Assembly: GCA_951406725.2 (NCBI GenBank)
Contig: OX597818.1
Coordinates: 46,872,001-46,936,000, forward strand
Length of the DNA: 64,000 bases
DNA from: Octopus vulgaris
Taxonomy: Eukaryota
Reading direction: 5' to 3'
In this document: positions 1-13,279 of the stretch, piece after piece
Position numbering within the stretch: the stretch's first letter is position 1
How the letters are laid out: each line of letters opens with the position of its first letter
Made by a program: the position numbers and the translations under genes
The notes under the pieces: generated by a model
What the model saw: the letters and a program-made list of their open reading frames with translations, nothing else
Told to the model about the DNA's origin: nothing
Database searches by the model: none

Positions 1-438
1 CTTTGGTCAGCCCAAGGCTATAGTAGAAGACACCTGCTCAAGGTGCCATGCAGTGGGACAGAACCCAGAACCATGTGGTTGGGAAACAAGCTTCTTACCA
101 CTCAGCCACACCTATACAATTTTTACCTTTTATTTCACACACACTAACAGAAAATATACCTTTTCAGAACATGGTAAAATAATTTAATAGTAGTCGAGTT
201 AAGTGGAATTGTGGCCATCTATACATATAGACATGTTCCTCTGTCGGTTGACAGGTCCTTGTCTTGCAGGTTCACAGGTGCAGGTGCCATGCAAAAAGCA
301 CCTGTGCTGGTACCATGTAGAAAGCATTTGTATCAGTGCCATGCAAATAGCGCCCATGCAAGTGCCCCATAAAAAGCACCTGTATTGTTTCCACATAAAA
401 AGCACCCATGCCACTGCCATGTATAAGGCACCATACTT

Positions 439-785
439 GTGCCATGTAAAAAGTACCCAGTATATTCTGTAAAGCGGTTGGCATTATGAAGGGCTTGTAC
501 CATGTAAAAAGCACCCAGTACACTCTGTAAAGCGATTGGCATTATGAAGGGCTTGTGCCATGTAAAAAGCACCCAGTACATTCTGTAAAGCGGTTGGCAT
601 TATGAAGGGCTTGTGCCATGTAAAAAGCACCCAGTACACTCTGTAAAGCGGTTGGCATTATGAAGGGCTTGTACCATGTAAAAAGCACCCAGTACACTCT
701 GTAAAGCAGTTGGCATTATGAAGGGCTTGTACCATGTAAGAAGCACCCAGTACACTCTGTAAAGCGGTCAGCATTATGAAGGGCA
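439..785 (+). repeat. Tandem repeat, 6 x 58 bp, derived from an RTE-LINE 3'UTR
   Basis: Units start at 439, 497, 555, 613, 671 and 729 (gtRccatgtaaaaagcacccagtacactctgtaaagcggttggcattatgaagggctt). The last unit runs on into the ordinary RTE tail (aagggcatccagcc). Confidence 0.93.
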
Positions 786-874
786 TCCAGCCATTGAAAC
801 TGCTAAAACAGACAACTGGAGCCTGTGCAGCTCTCTGTTTGGCCAGCTCCTATCAAACTGATCTTTATTCTTTA

Positions 875-2250
875 TACTAATCAGTTGAATGGCCTTTCTC
901 TGAATGTAGTTTAAGATGTCTGTATGGCCATCTATGCGTAGCTCATCCAGTAACATCATCGAGGATGTGTAAGCAATATTTTATTGTATGCTTCAACTGA
1001 ACTTTGTGGAATATCAGTAATTATTGAGGAATGTATTTTTTTGATCCAAGGAGTAGGACTAATTATAGGTATGCAGACCTAGCTATGTTAAGGATGTACT
1101 TTCACCTGGAGAAATCCTCTATGTGGAGGCACATGGCCTAGTGGTTAGAGCAGTGGACTCACGGTCGAGGGATCGCGGGTTCGAATCTCAGACCGGGTGA
1201 TGCGTGTATTTATGAGTGAAATACCTAACTCCACGCAGCTCTGGCAGAAGGTAATGGCGAACTTCTGCTGACTCTTTCGCCACAACTTTCTTTCACTCTT
1301 TCCTCCTGCATTTTGCAGCTCACCTGCGATGGACCGGCATCCCGTCCAGGTGGGGAACCTATATGCCAAGGAAACCGGGAAACCAGCTGTTATGAGCCAG
1401 GCATAGCTCGAGAAGGAACAAGCAAACTATGATAGTAAAATGTGATCATTTAGAGTGTTCGTGAAGACTCAAGTAACACACTGTTCATGTTAAAGGGATT
1501 GAAGGATATGATGACACTTTCTTAATATGAGTAGTGTGTTTAAGGTAGCAAGCTGGCAGAATTGTTAGCATGCCAGGCAAAATACTCAGTAGAATTTCGT
1601 TTGTCTGTATGTTTTGAGTTCAAATTTCACCGAGGTCGACATTACCTTTCATCCTTTTATAGTTGATAAAATAAGTACTAGTTGAGCACTGGGCTTATGT
1701 AATAGACTATCCACATCCTTCAAATTTTCAAGCTTTGTACCTATAGGAGAAAGGCATCTGTGCAATGTGCTTGTGTTTTTTGCTATTGAAAATTCAAGAT
1801 AAGCATATCTTCATTGGAAGAAGTTTTTGAGGTCCCTCTTAATGGAATCAAGGCAGGTTTGATATGTGATATATAGATTGCATTTGGATGATGCATGGTT
1901 AAAGAAGATTGTAAATATTGCTGAGTGTGATGGCAAGAAGAGAGAAGGGAACAAACCTGAACTCTCAGGTACACCAGAGTTAAGTGAGACTGGCACAAAA
2001 AGAGCTCCACCAACATATGCAGCAATAGTGCAACTAGGGAGCTGTCAATCATCCAGTAGATAAGAAATGGATGAGGTCCAAAGTGACTAGTTTTCATAAG
2101 AGAGTCACATGCTAGATGAGTGAAACCTTTAACTTATGTCAAGGGTGGCATCATTACTTCCACTAAATTTCTCTAAGGCAAGAACCTACTCATTGTTACA
2201 TAGGAAAGTATTTAAGGTTGTATGTGCAAATTTTCATGTATTACAAAATC
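875..2250 (-). mobile_element. Decayed CR1/Jockey-group LINE reverse-transcriptase fragment, interrupted by two SINEs
   Basis: Degenerate RT motifs on the - strand: TLDIS.(G)F, PVSLNSGVPESSGLFPSLF (GVPQGS-like), SIKRDL, HTDILNYIQRKAIQLI; many stops and frameshifts. Confidence 0.7.
1123..1425 (+). mobile_element. tRNA-derived SINE family A (further copies 46860-47172 -, 62294-62610 +; related heads 3528-3822 -, 14540-14785 -, 43885-44130 +, 54765-55100 -)
   Basis: tRNA-like head with A box (TGGCCTAGTGGTTAG) and B box (GGTTCGAATC), conserved body (cctgcgatggaccggcatcccgtccagg), (CAA)n-type tail; three near-identical full copies in the window. Confidence 0.88.
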
Positions 2251-2364
2251 AATTGGATAATTTGTGTTGCAGAAAGTATTCACGCATTTTCTTGGCTGTA
2301 GAAGCAAATATATACAAGCGAATAAACTGCCATCTGTAAAGAAAAAAAAACCCCCCAGATGATG

Positions 2365-2935
2365 TCATCATCATCATCATCATTGATTAACGTCATGCTT
2401 TCCATGCTAGCATGGGTTGGACGATTTGACTGAGAACTGGCAAACCAGATGGCTGCACCAGGCTCCAATCTGATCTGTCAGAATTTCTACAGCTGGATGC
2501 CCCTCCTAATGCCAACCCCTCCAAGAGTGTAGTGGGTGCTTTTACATGCCACCAGCACAAGGGCCAGTCAGGCAGTACTGGCAACAGCCATGCTCAAATG
2601 GTATTTTTTACGTACCACCTTGCTCAAATGTCTTTTCACGTGCCACTGGCACAAGTACCAGTAAGGCGATGCTGGTAACAATCACACTTGAATGGTGCTT
2701 TTTATGTGCCACCAGCACGGAAACCAGTTTGCTACTCTAGCAACGGTCACGCTCTGATGGTGCTCTTAGCGCTCCACTAGAACGGATGCCAGTCATCGAA
2801 TTTGATTTTGATTTCGATTTCACTTGCCTCAACAGGTCTTTGCAAGCAGAGTTTAGTGTCCAATGAAGGAAAGGTACGCATAAGTGGGCTGGATACACCC
2901 CTGGCATAGGCCATGAGGTTATGGTCGCACTTGTA
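2365..2935 (-). mobile_element. RTE-LINE 3'UTR/tail fragment ending in (GAT)n
   Basis: Same sequence as the tail attached to RTE coding sequence at 16803-17545. Other copies lie near 13915, 15161, 22881, 27535, 31672, 33505, 35575, 37460, 38268, 48950, 52520, 58365 and 63400. Confidence 0.88.
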
Positions 2936-3822
2936 TATGTGTTTAAAGAAGAGAGAGAGGAGGGAGACAAAGAGAGTATACTAAATGATGTAGCTTAACC
3001 AAGGCTGCTTGTGACATCTAAGAGAGGATGAGACATGGATCATTGACTACAAGTCCCTTATTAGATGAAATAACACATGACAAAACAGTGAAGCTAAACA
3101 GTAACTTGCGAATGGTCACAATATTTATTTGATGCTCTGCAGTGATACCTCCTGTCACTTTCAACACTTCATATCATCTTCTTCCTATCCTCTCTCAAAG
3201 CCACTCATGCTTACCATCCAACAACAATCTGAAAAAATTTTAATTGAATATCAACTACATAGCTTAGTTATGAGCTGTAAAACAGCATGGGCATTGCTTT
3301 TTTTCCCTGATTCTAAACAAATAACTTTAGAAACACTTAATATGTATAGGTGAAGGCATGGGTGTATGATTGAGAAATTTGTTTCTTAACCACATTGTTT
3401 GGGATTTAGTTCTACTGCATGGCACCATGTATAAATGTCTACTGTGACTCCAAACTGATGAAAATCTTGTCAGTGGATTTGGTAGACAGAAACGGGAAAG
3501 AAACCTGTCATATATATATATATATATCACCGTGACCGACCAGGCCATCAGATGCTGCTACACATCGCTGGTCACAATGCACTTTGCATTGTTTTAGCCT
3601 TCAAATAATGCCAACCCGCTGGCTAAGCGAGCAGGCCAACAGAGGAAAGAGTGAAAGTTGTGGTGAAAGAATACAGCAGGGATCGCCACCACCCCTTGCC
3701 GGAGCCTCGTGGAGTTTTAGGTGTTTTCGCTCAATAAACACTCACAATGCCTGGTCTGGGAATCGAAACCGCAATCCTACGACCACGAGTCTGCTGCCCT
3801 AACCACTGGGCCATTACGCCTT

Positions 3823-3869
<47 letters not shown>

Positions 3870-4459
3870 GTGAGTGTGTGTCCTTGACGTCACTTCATGT
3901 GAGAATTGTAAATGAGTACCACTGCCATACAAACAGTATCATTCATTTCCATTACTCTGCAAAAACATGTCTGGCTATGGGGAATTATTACCTTACTTGG
4001 AAACAAGTGAGGGTTGGTGACAGGAAGGGCATCCGGCCATAGAAAATCTGCCTCAATAATTTCCATCCAATTCATACAAGCATGGAAAAGTGGACATTAA
4101 AATGATAATGTTGATGATGATGTTGACAACTTGAATATCTTCATGCTTGATATCATATTTCTAATACAGGGAGTGAAATAGGTAACCCACTTGATTTTTC
4201 TATGTTTACAAACCAACCACAAAGATGGTGAATCGGTTCCGATTTCTGGTGGTAGTCACTTTATTTCAATTATGGAAGTTACAGGTTTTCATTTCTCCTC
4301 TACCATAGATCTGAAGTGTTGTTTTTTAAAAAAAAACCAATACATGAGAGTAGTTCTCCAACTAATACCAAACCCTCCAAAAAGCTTCCACAAAAATTTT
4401 CTGTGTCCCTAAACCTACTCTTTATTAATCAGAAAACAGAATAGAGGTTGCATCCCTAT

Positions 4460-4830
4460 GAGCTGGCAGAAGCGTTAGCACGTCTGAGTTCAAATTCCGC
4501 CGAGGTCGACTTTGCCTTTCATCCTTTCAGGGGTCGATAAATTAAGTACCAGTTACGCACTGGGGTCGATATAATCGACTTAATCCGTTTGTCTGTCCTT
4601 GTTTGTCCTCTCTGTGTTTAGTCCCTTGTTGGTAGTAAAGAAATAGGTATTTCGTCTGTCGCTACGTTCTAAGTTCAAATTCCGCCGAGGTCGACTTTGC
4701 CTTTCATCCTTTCGGGGTCGATAAATTAAGTACCAGTTACACACTGGAGTCGATGTAACCGACTTAAGCCCTTTGTCTGTCCTTGTTTGTCTCCTCTATG
4801 TTTAGTTCCCTGCGAGCAATAAAGAAATAA
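4460..4830 (+). mobile_element. SINE family B (Nin/Deu-domain-like), two tandem units; other copies 1540-1760, 10424-10658 -, 34897-35125, 35310-35530, 40905-41105 -, 47870-48070, 48325-48490 -
   Basis: Recurrent gagctggcagaa..ctgagttcaaattccgccgaggtcgactttgcctttcatcctttcggggtcgataaa..aagtaccag core. Confidence 0.85.
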
Positions 4831-5393
4831 ATATTTTTTACTTCATCATGGTCTTGGGACAAGCTCGACAAGTTTAATACCCACCTGTCTTTATTAAACA
4901 TTACAATTTGTCTGCCCCTATTTTCAATCTCCAGTCCCAACTGCTCTGGGAAATGCCAAAGAGAGAAAGAAAGTGAAAGAGAGAAAGAAAGCGAAAGCGA
5001 GAAAGAAAGTGAAAGACAGAGAGAGAAAGTGAAAGAGTGAGATAGAGAGAATGTCACCAGTTCTGAGAATTATTTCCCTTTAGTCTTCAGTAGACATCAT
5101 GGCGTTGCAGGCATTTAGTGAATTTCAGACTAATAATGTAACAGTTAGTGCTTCTCTTTCACCTGATCTACTGTTGAATTAATCTTTTTTTTTTGTACAG
5201 ATCGAATTCGTATTTATAGGTAATATTCTTCTTTATTTCATTTATCACATCATTTCCCCCTAAACAACCATTTTTGATAGGAAAACATACGCGTACTTAA
5301 TAGTAGGCGTTTACATGTTTTGTTTTGGCTGCTATGTACACTTGCTTTTATGTCCTTTTTGCGCAATCCCTTCGTTTATTTTTCTATATATTC

Positions 5394-5739
5394 TGTTTAC
5401 TCGTTGTTAGAATTGCGCAAAAAACAATACTCTATTCAGTATTGAATTTTCCTTTGTACATTACTCACGTCGTTCGGCTCTGCGTTAACCGATGATCAAA
5501 AGTATTCCCGTCATGACCATCCCGTCTTATACTCAGACATAAGTGTATCTAAGACTACAGTATCCATGTTTACTCGTTGTTAGAATTACGGAAAAACAAT
5601 ACCCTATTCAGTATTGAATTTTCTTTTGTACATTACTCATGTTGTTCGGTTCTGAGTTGACCGATGATCAAAAGTATTCCTGTCATGACCATCCCGTCTT
5701 ATATACTCAGACACAAGTGTATCTAAGACTACAGTATCC
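5394..5739. repeat. Tandem direct duplication of about 173 bp
   Basis: 5394-5565 and 5567-5739 align end to end (tgtttactcgttgttagaatt...aagactacagtatcc) with scattered substitutions. Confidence 0.9.
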
Positions 5740-7279
5740 GATTTATTCCAAAAAGCAGTAAATTCTAATTTAAGGGAGATTTCTTTGTTATTTCTTGCTG
5801 GTTGGGCTACCGTGTAGACGTTTCCTCCTTGGTTCGTAATTAACTCATGTACATTGTTTATGTACAGCATTTGTGTAATAATGTATTTCTCTTCCGGTAA
5901 ATTTTCTTCGAAATCTACCTGAAAGAGGAAAAAAATAGATCTAAAAGCTTAATTATTATTACGTTGATATTTTTTTTTTTTTTTTGTAAACTTGAATTAA
6001 TGAATCATTAGGAAAATCTCAATAAGGATAGGTTTCCTCCTTCCTTCGGTATGTAAGGGACATTAACCGACAACATCCGCTTGGAAGTACATCCATAAAC
6101 AATGCTTTAAAGATCTGCACAGTAGTTTGGTAAAAAAAAATCTTTCTCTTTGGTTTCTCTTGTATGTTTGAAATTATTATTTAATCTGTAATAATGCTGT
6201 TGAACTTATCGATTCACTATATTACGATTCAATATATTGGCTTCTTTTAACTAGACGCAAATCCGATTTTATAAGGTGTATATAGTCTATAAATTTCGAC
6301 TCAGTATATTACTGATACTTATTTAATCCAGTATTAATGAATTAAAGGCAAAGTTAGCCACAGTTCAACGCACACACTTAAAGGAATTGAAGTTAGATCT
6401 CATAAAGCACCTATGCTGACATTTTAGTGTCTCCACCTTTCGTAAATTTCTTATATGTATCAATGGTTACAACTATATTCTTTTATTTAATGTAAAGAAT
6501 GAATGTCGTTATTTATATGCATAAAATATAAACATTTTTTGTCGTGAGATTTCTTCACATAGACAACTCAAATGCAGTGAATCACAGTATAACATTTTTG
6601 ACTTTTGCCACCTTTTGCTTATAATAATAGCTCAAGTTACTAGGTCCATAAAATGTCTCTCTTTGTTGTAGGTTTTTATTATTCCGAAAGTAACACTGCT
6701 CAATAACTACTCGTTAAGTGGGATATTTGTAAATAGTCATCGATCTCAACATTTTCACCACGTATTGAATTGCAGTTGAATTGCTAAGTCAAATTACCGC
6801 AGTGTTAGTTCCCTTAAATGGGACTTCTATTCAATTGCAACACTACTGCTTATGTAAAAAATTCATGCCAGATCCCTTTTTGCTTGACATTTTCCTATGC
6901 TCATAAATAAATTAGGAAAAATCTTACACTTTTTTTTCATCTTGATCCAGTGAGAAGTTCAGTGTCATTATAATTAATATATCAAATTCGTCAAAGTTGT
7001 TACTATTTTGGGTTATTTAGGGTTAGGGGCACATCCTTTAGGTGGAAAGAAAACACTAAATGCACAAATTCTCAGATTTGATGAAGTTACTCAACTGACT
7101 GTAACATCCAGTTCTCCTTCAAATTACACCTTACCTCCTTGAAAATGGAGTAACACATTCGATGATATAGCCCTACATATTCAGTGCTTGATAGAAAGGA
7201 GGGAAACCCAAACCACTGGACAACTCTCCCTTCTCCAATATTTGTGCACTCCAGTCCAAACTAGACCTCACTCATACAA

Positions 7280-8830
7280 ACACATAAACTACACTTACTA
7301 TTACTCTCTGATACATAAACCATTCACTCATAATCTGTAGTCCATCTCTCTTGTCCATGCTACACTCTTAACTCAAACTTTGCTCTGAAAAGCAGTGTTA
7401 ACAAATATATGGTCTCCACTTACTCTGGCTCAGAGTCTCCCTCCCCGCTCTCTTCTAAATATATCTGCTTTCTTAACAGCTCACCAAACTCCTCTCAGCA
7501 TTTCTCAAGAACACCTGCCTCACATTACTCCCATCTGAAGTCATTGTCTTTGATGATTTCAGTGCTAGCAACTCTTCTTGACTGTCACACTCATACCGAT
7601 ATATCAAAATTCAATACTACATCAATTAGTTTCATCCCTTTCATGCATCTCTGATCAACATACCAACACTCTAAACACCCTTTGTCATTTTCTGACCTCC
7701 AAAATCAACCTCTGCTAAATCTTCATTCCCCTGCCATCAGACCTCTACTATATTGTGACTACTCATCACATCCACTTACTATAGAATTCCATCCCCCCTA
7801 CACACACTTCCAAGACCCTATGCCACTTTATGCAGGTAGTTGGAGCTCCATCAGTTTTCTGATAGCTATATCTGGCAGCAGATATTCTTCACCCCTTATC
7901 CATCAGGGATGGCTAGATGGGTGACTGAAACTAACCTTTATGGTTCCTCCACATTTCACTCACAACCAAAATTCATAACCCTTAAATTCACCAAATGGTT
8001 CATTCAGTTTAGTTAACAGACACCTTACAACACCGAGAGAAACTCATTCACTCTTACAAACTAGATGACTTACTCAGCATTGCAACATCATCCAAAATTC
8101 AAAGGGTGCTTCTCAGCTTCACACAGCCTACAAGCTCTTCCATCTCTCAAACTACAATCAAATCCGATGGTATCTTGCAAAAAGATCTTGCTGTCAACTT
8201 TGCAGAATCATCCTTCTCTTCATTTTTCAATAAGGATGATTCTCTAAGCAAGTCTCTTGCAGTAAAACGCTCCACGTTTTCTACCAGCTTTGTGTCCAAC
8301 AACACACTGCATGCACAGCACACTAGAAGAATTCCCTCCAAAATTATCCCTTTCCACTCTATTGGGATCACCATTATATACACATTTATACCAAATTCAG
8401 AAGTACCTCCATTTGCTCCAAATCAACAAGGTCACCAATCCTGACAATGTCCTTACCATTACCCTTAAACAATATGTCATATCCTCACCAAATGCACTTC
8501 CATACTCACTAAACTCTTCAGTCCTTCTCTCTCCCTCTCCCTAAATGTTTCATTCCCAAGAAGGGAAACCTTTTTCACTCTGCCAACCATTATCCTATTG
8601 CAATCATTTCTAACATCATGAAAATGATGGAGATAGTTATTAACAAAAGCCTTCTCCAACATTTTGAATCCTTTTCCCTCCTTATTGACCACCAGTACTG
8701 CTTTCATAAAGTCAGCTCTATTGGAAATCTACTCCTCTATATCACTCATCAGTGGGCCACTACTCACAAGAAATTTAGTGACAGCATCATCACACATGAC
8801 ATCAGCAAAGCATTCAATTGTATCTGACCT
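7280..8830 (+). mobile_element. Decayed CR1/Jockey-group LINE ORF2 fragment (endonuclease remnant plus RT N-terminal domains)
   Basis: IPKKG, YPIAIIS, KMMEIVINKSLLQHFESFSLLIDHQYCFHKVSSIGNLLLYITHQW..DISKAFN (degenerate DHQYGFR..RSTGD..LDISKAFD); C-rich + strand. Confidence 0.82.
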
Positions 8831-10679
8831 TTAAATCTCCCAGTGTGCTATTACTGTGTGTACTGATTGAGCTTCTGACCTATACTGTAGTGTGTCCTGG
8901 AGTTTCATTTTTGTTTCCCCCTCTAACAACACCCAATTCCATCCCAAAGGATTTTAAATTGTGTTTATAACTGTATTTATAGCACATAATATTTACAAGA
9001 ATACAATAGATTGTATATTTTATGATACATATAGATATCTTTCTGTACCAATATAATATTGTTACTAAATATTAAAGCTTTATTATATTATTGTGCTTTT
9101 TTTTTTAATAAAGGAGAATGGAGAATACTATTTTTGCAGTACAATACTATTTTTTACATACACTTCTAACTTAATCTTGAGTTTGGTACAAAAAAATGAA
9201 TAGAATTTTACAGTAATTATGGAGGCTATAATGTAAAATGTATCTACATTTAAGTCTCTTGTGCATTATATTCTTGATAAGTTTCCATCTACTACTTTTT
9301 CCTTCATCACTTTCTCTATCACCCACCCTCTGTTCATTGTACCATACTACCTTTGTAATGAGATGTTACTGGCTCTGTCTATATTCAATCTCCACTATCA
9401 ATCTCTCTTTCATTGTACCTCTTGTCATCATAGTGCTAGTGCATGCATATACAGCTGCGTGCGTGTGCACATACACATGAGTACTGTCCAAATCTCCGAC
9501 CATTCACATACAGCTAGCTGGCATTCAATTGGTGTATCAAGTTTCGGGCATTTTGATTGGGTTTTGGATAGAAAATTCACAAAAAGTCACTTCTATTGAT
9601 TTTTTAATGGCTTTGCAGAGTGACTGGGGAAATGTAAAGATGTGCACGACCACCCTTGGACGGTTTTGAATGACCATAAAAAGTGCGAGTCCTCTAACTG
9701 AAAAATTGTGGATTTGTATAAAGGACACACACACAGACAGACATTTTGCCATTTATATATATAGAGAGATGTAGAGGGATGGTATTAGGTCTGTCTGTAT
9801 TCGATGTTCCTTTTTACTACTTACCGTCACACCCTTTCTCTCTTTCCATGGTCACTCTTTATTGACGTTTACCACTCATCTTGCATTTTATCTTGACACC
9901 AACAACATAGAGGTCATCATGTTCCCAATGAGACTATTTTAAAGGGACCTGTTGACCCTGCACTTTCTCTGCTCATTCATCAACAATCTTATAGTGTGCA
10001 CTAGATACATGTTATCCTGATAACTATGTGAGAGGGGTCGTTTTGTTAACTGTAGAAGTAAAGAGTGCTTAGTTCTCTGAGACATGTATGTTCACTCAAG
10101 GCAAAGCAACTTAGGAAGTGATTAGGGGAGAGAAAGCAATGATACAAAAACCAGAATTGGTGGCTGAAGGTTGAAACAGTGATTGGAGGGAAATGGTGTG
10201 TAGAGAGATGAGTTCTATTAGAGATGGACAGTGTCAAGAATAAATAATGGATGACAATAAAAGTGGCTCAAGGGAGAGTGAGTGATGACCTGCAGTACAG
10301 GGAGGGTGAAAGTCAAGTGTATGGGTATAAAAGTCTGATCCAGTCTCTTATGTGTAGGCCATGTGAGGGGTGAAATATGCAGAGTGGTGAGACAGGAGTA
10401 TTGATGGGCATGGGTAGCTTTCATACCTATTTCTTTACTACCCACAAGGGGCTACACACAGAGGGGACAAACAAGGACAGACAAACGGATTAAGTCGATT
10501 ACATCGACCCCAGTGCATAACTGGTACTTAATTTATCAACCCCAAAAGGATGAAAGGCAAAGTTGACCTCGGCGGAATTTGAACTCAAAACGTAAAGACA
10601 GACTAAATACCGCTAAGTATTTCACCCGGTATGCTAACGCTTCTGTCGGCTCACTGCTTTCATACCATCCATTGTTATA

Positions 10680-11280
10680 TGAATGGCACGAATAACAAAG
10701 AGATGCGTTACAAGAAGTGATAAGATGTGCAATAGGGTTACAAGAGGATGTAAAATATACAGAGGAGGCAAGGAGGCTGCAGATGTTAACTTTACAGTGT
10801 GTGTGCTGACAGCTCCATAAAGAAGTGCCATATCTCAAAGTAGATGGAACAAGTGGAAGTGGGAAACCCAGGAAGATATGGGATGAAGAATGACCTCAGG
10901 ACACTGAACCTTTCAAACCAGATGGCAAAGGACCAAGATGACAAAGGACCTGGTGCCTTGCTATACTCAAGAAGACCTATACTCTGTGACAGAAGTGTTA
11001 AGGTTGGGTCCCCTAGTGGTGAGGATTGACCTGCAAGACTCCTGTGCTGGTACCACATAAAAGCACCTGTATGGTGCCACATAAAAGTACCTGTATGGTG
11101 CCACATAAAAGCACCCATGTGATGTCACCCTTGCTGTGCCACATAAAACTACCCAGCACACTCTGTAAAGTGGTTAGTGTTAAGGCATCCAGCCATAGAA
11201 ACCATACCAAATCAGACTGGTGTCTGGTGCAACTCCCCCACTTGATTAAACCATCCAACCCATACTAGACATTAAATGAG
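10680..11280 (+). mobile_element. RTE-LINE 3' fragment with an internal 24-bp tandem repeat (about 11045-11120)
   Basis: Degenerate GRPRKTW region (gggaaacccaggaagatatggg) followed by the RTE tail; gtgccacataaaagcacctgtatg repeated about 3 times. Confidence 0.75.
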
Positions 11281-11429
11281 GATATATATATATATATATA
11301 TATGTATACACACACACACACATATATATATATATGTTCTCAGCCTTCATTTATAATGTTCCAATTCAATTCACCATGTTTGCACAGGTGGCTGAGTTTT
11401 CTCCAACACTGTATATCATCAATCGACTC

Positions 11430-12440
11430 TAATGAGATGCAACATCTTTAGATCTGTTCTTCACCACTTTGTTCCAAGTCTTTATTGTGTTCACTCTTCC
11501 ACAAATCTCATTCACTATGAACATATGTCACTTCTTTATATAACTGGCTCCTCCATATGCATCACAGACTCATGTCAGTATAGTCTTCTCTCTTGCATAT
11601 TATATCTGATTCCTTTTATATCCAATTTTTCTCTCAACTCACTCAGTGAAGCCTGCTTACTTCATTTCCTTCTGGTCTTTACAAATTATTTGCATTCAAG
11701 ACCTATGTCATAATACCATACATCACCGCTCTTTATGCACATGCATCATATCAATCTACCCTTCAATTTGTAGAAAAAGCTCTTTGTTGCCAGCAGATGT
11801 AATAGCTCCCTGAACATTTTGTAATTGCTCCAATCCATTCTTACTCTGATTCTATGCTTTCAGAACACCTCCTCCCACTGTTAATTAGATTACCTTGGTA
11901 TCAAAAGCTATCAGTTACATCTAAGGTGCCTTCCAGGCATTTGACAGAAACTATATTCCATGAACTCTTATTGCATATATCATCTCCATATACCTGCCAT
12001 ATACAAAGTCTTCTATCTGTATTTGCCTGTGTCCATAATTTAGACCAAGTACACCATATGGTGTTCCTACCCACTCCTTTCTGCACATCAAGCATGGCTA
12101 GTTCCTTGATGGTAGCAAGTCCTATTTTTGAAGAATTTGTACATGTGAAGAGTCTGGCTACAGCTCTCCTCCATCTCATTTCTTGCATGCAACACACATC
12201 TACTTGCCCCCACCCTAGTGATTTCTATTATTTCACTACAGTTTACAATTGCAGCCCTGAGAATTTTGTCCACCTGATATGAAAAGAAGTATCTGGTGTT
12301 GGTTGGGTTAATGCTTACCTATTTACTGCTCCTGGAAAGAAGTGTGCAATTGCTTGATGGCAATGAAGAACTTCTAGCACATGTTTCTACCAAACCATCT
12401 TACTGTCATGTGCAGCACAACCATGGTGTTAGTCCTGTAT
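11430..12440 (-). mobile_element. Internally deleted RTE LINE (APE endonuclease N-terminus joined to RT C-terminus)
   Basis: - strand VDVCCMQEMRWR (APE motif CxQExRW) near 12170-12205; KTWNKVVKNR-like RT end near 11450-11490. Confidence 0.7.
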
Positions 12441-13279
12441 ACACAGACTTATTCATTGTATTGGAGTCTTTCATGATCTTGGCTGTGTTTTATTGGCTGG
12501 ATGCCCTTCCTATCACCACATGCTATAACAGCATGAACTAAGTGCATTTTATCATATTCTTCAGCACTAAAGGGGTTGCTTCTCAGGACTTGAGTGTTCC
12601 CTCTACTCTGTGTCAATTTTCATTCAGAGTTACTGTTCCTCTTGACAGTTTACCTTTGCTACAGCTTAAAGGGTTTTATGTCTCCTCCGTACAAATATTT
12701 ATATAGATTTAACACTCTCTCCTAGATGGCTTGTCTTGCTGGTGATATGGAAAAAGGCACCCAGTATGTGCTGTAAAGTGGTTGGTTTTAGGGATGGGGG
12801 CTCAAGTCATAGAAACCTTACCAAAGTAGACATTGGAACAAGATGTTGTCTTTGGACCTGTCGGATCTTGTCAAACCATCCAGCCGTGTTAGCACATAAC
12901 ATGGATGTTAAATCTTGATGATAATATATAGAGCTAAAAGTAATATGCTGTCAGTTTGTACTTGAGTACAAGTGACAACCAAGAAAAAAATATATATAAA
13001 ATACATGTGTATATGCATATATGCTTGTGTGTGTTTGTACAATATATACTTGAAGAAGAGTAAATCTCATGTAAAAATTAATCTCCTTTCAAATGGTTGA
13101 AAATTTGGAATTTTCCATTTATCTTGTGAAAATATCAATCCTAGTTTTTTCACAGTTAGCAGATAAGCACTTGCTAAATCAAAGGGTTATTTTGTGTATA
13201 AATGTTATGGTAAGGAAATGTATTTTTCCACAATTATTTTGTTTTGCTATATGAATCATTTAAATATTAGGTTAGAAAT

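Noticed and set aside
439-785. Regularly spaced repeats suggesting a CRISPR array
   Set aside because: Units are contiguous with no unique spacers, derive from an RTE 3'UTR, have no cas genes nearby, and the DNA is eukaryotic.
1123-1195. tRNA-like sequence (also at 47100-47172, 55030-55100 and 62294-62370)
   Set aside because: A and B boxes are present but the acceptor stem is incomplete and each runs into a repeated SINE body; these are SINE heads, not tRNA genes.
4191-4310. - strand AG/GT-bounded 120-nt segment as a coding exon
   Set aside because: Stops occur in all three frames and the acceptor is weak; at most a non-coding exon.
5637-5918. - strand ORF MLYINNVHEL... after a strong acceptor, as a protein-coding exon
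   Set aside because: No recognisable homology, the distal half lies in the duplicated repeat-like segment, and no compatible upstream or downstream coding exon was found.
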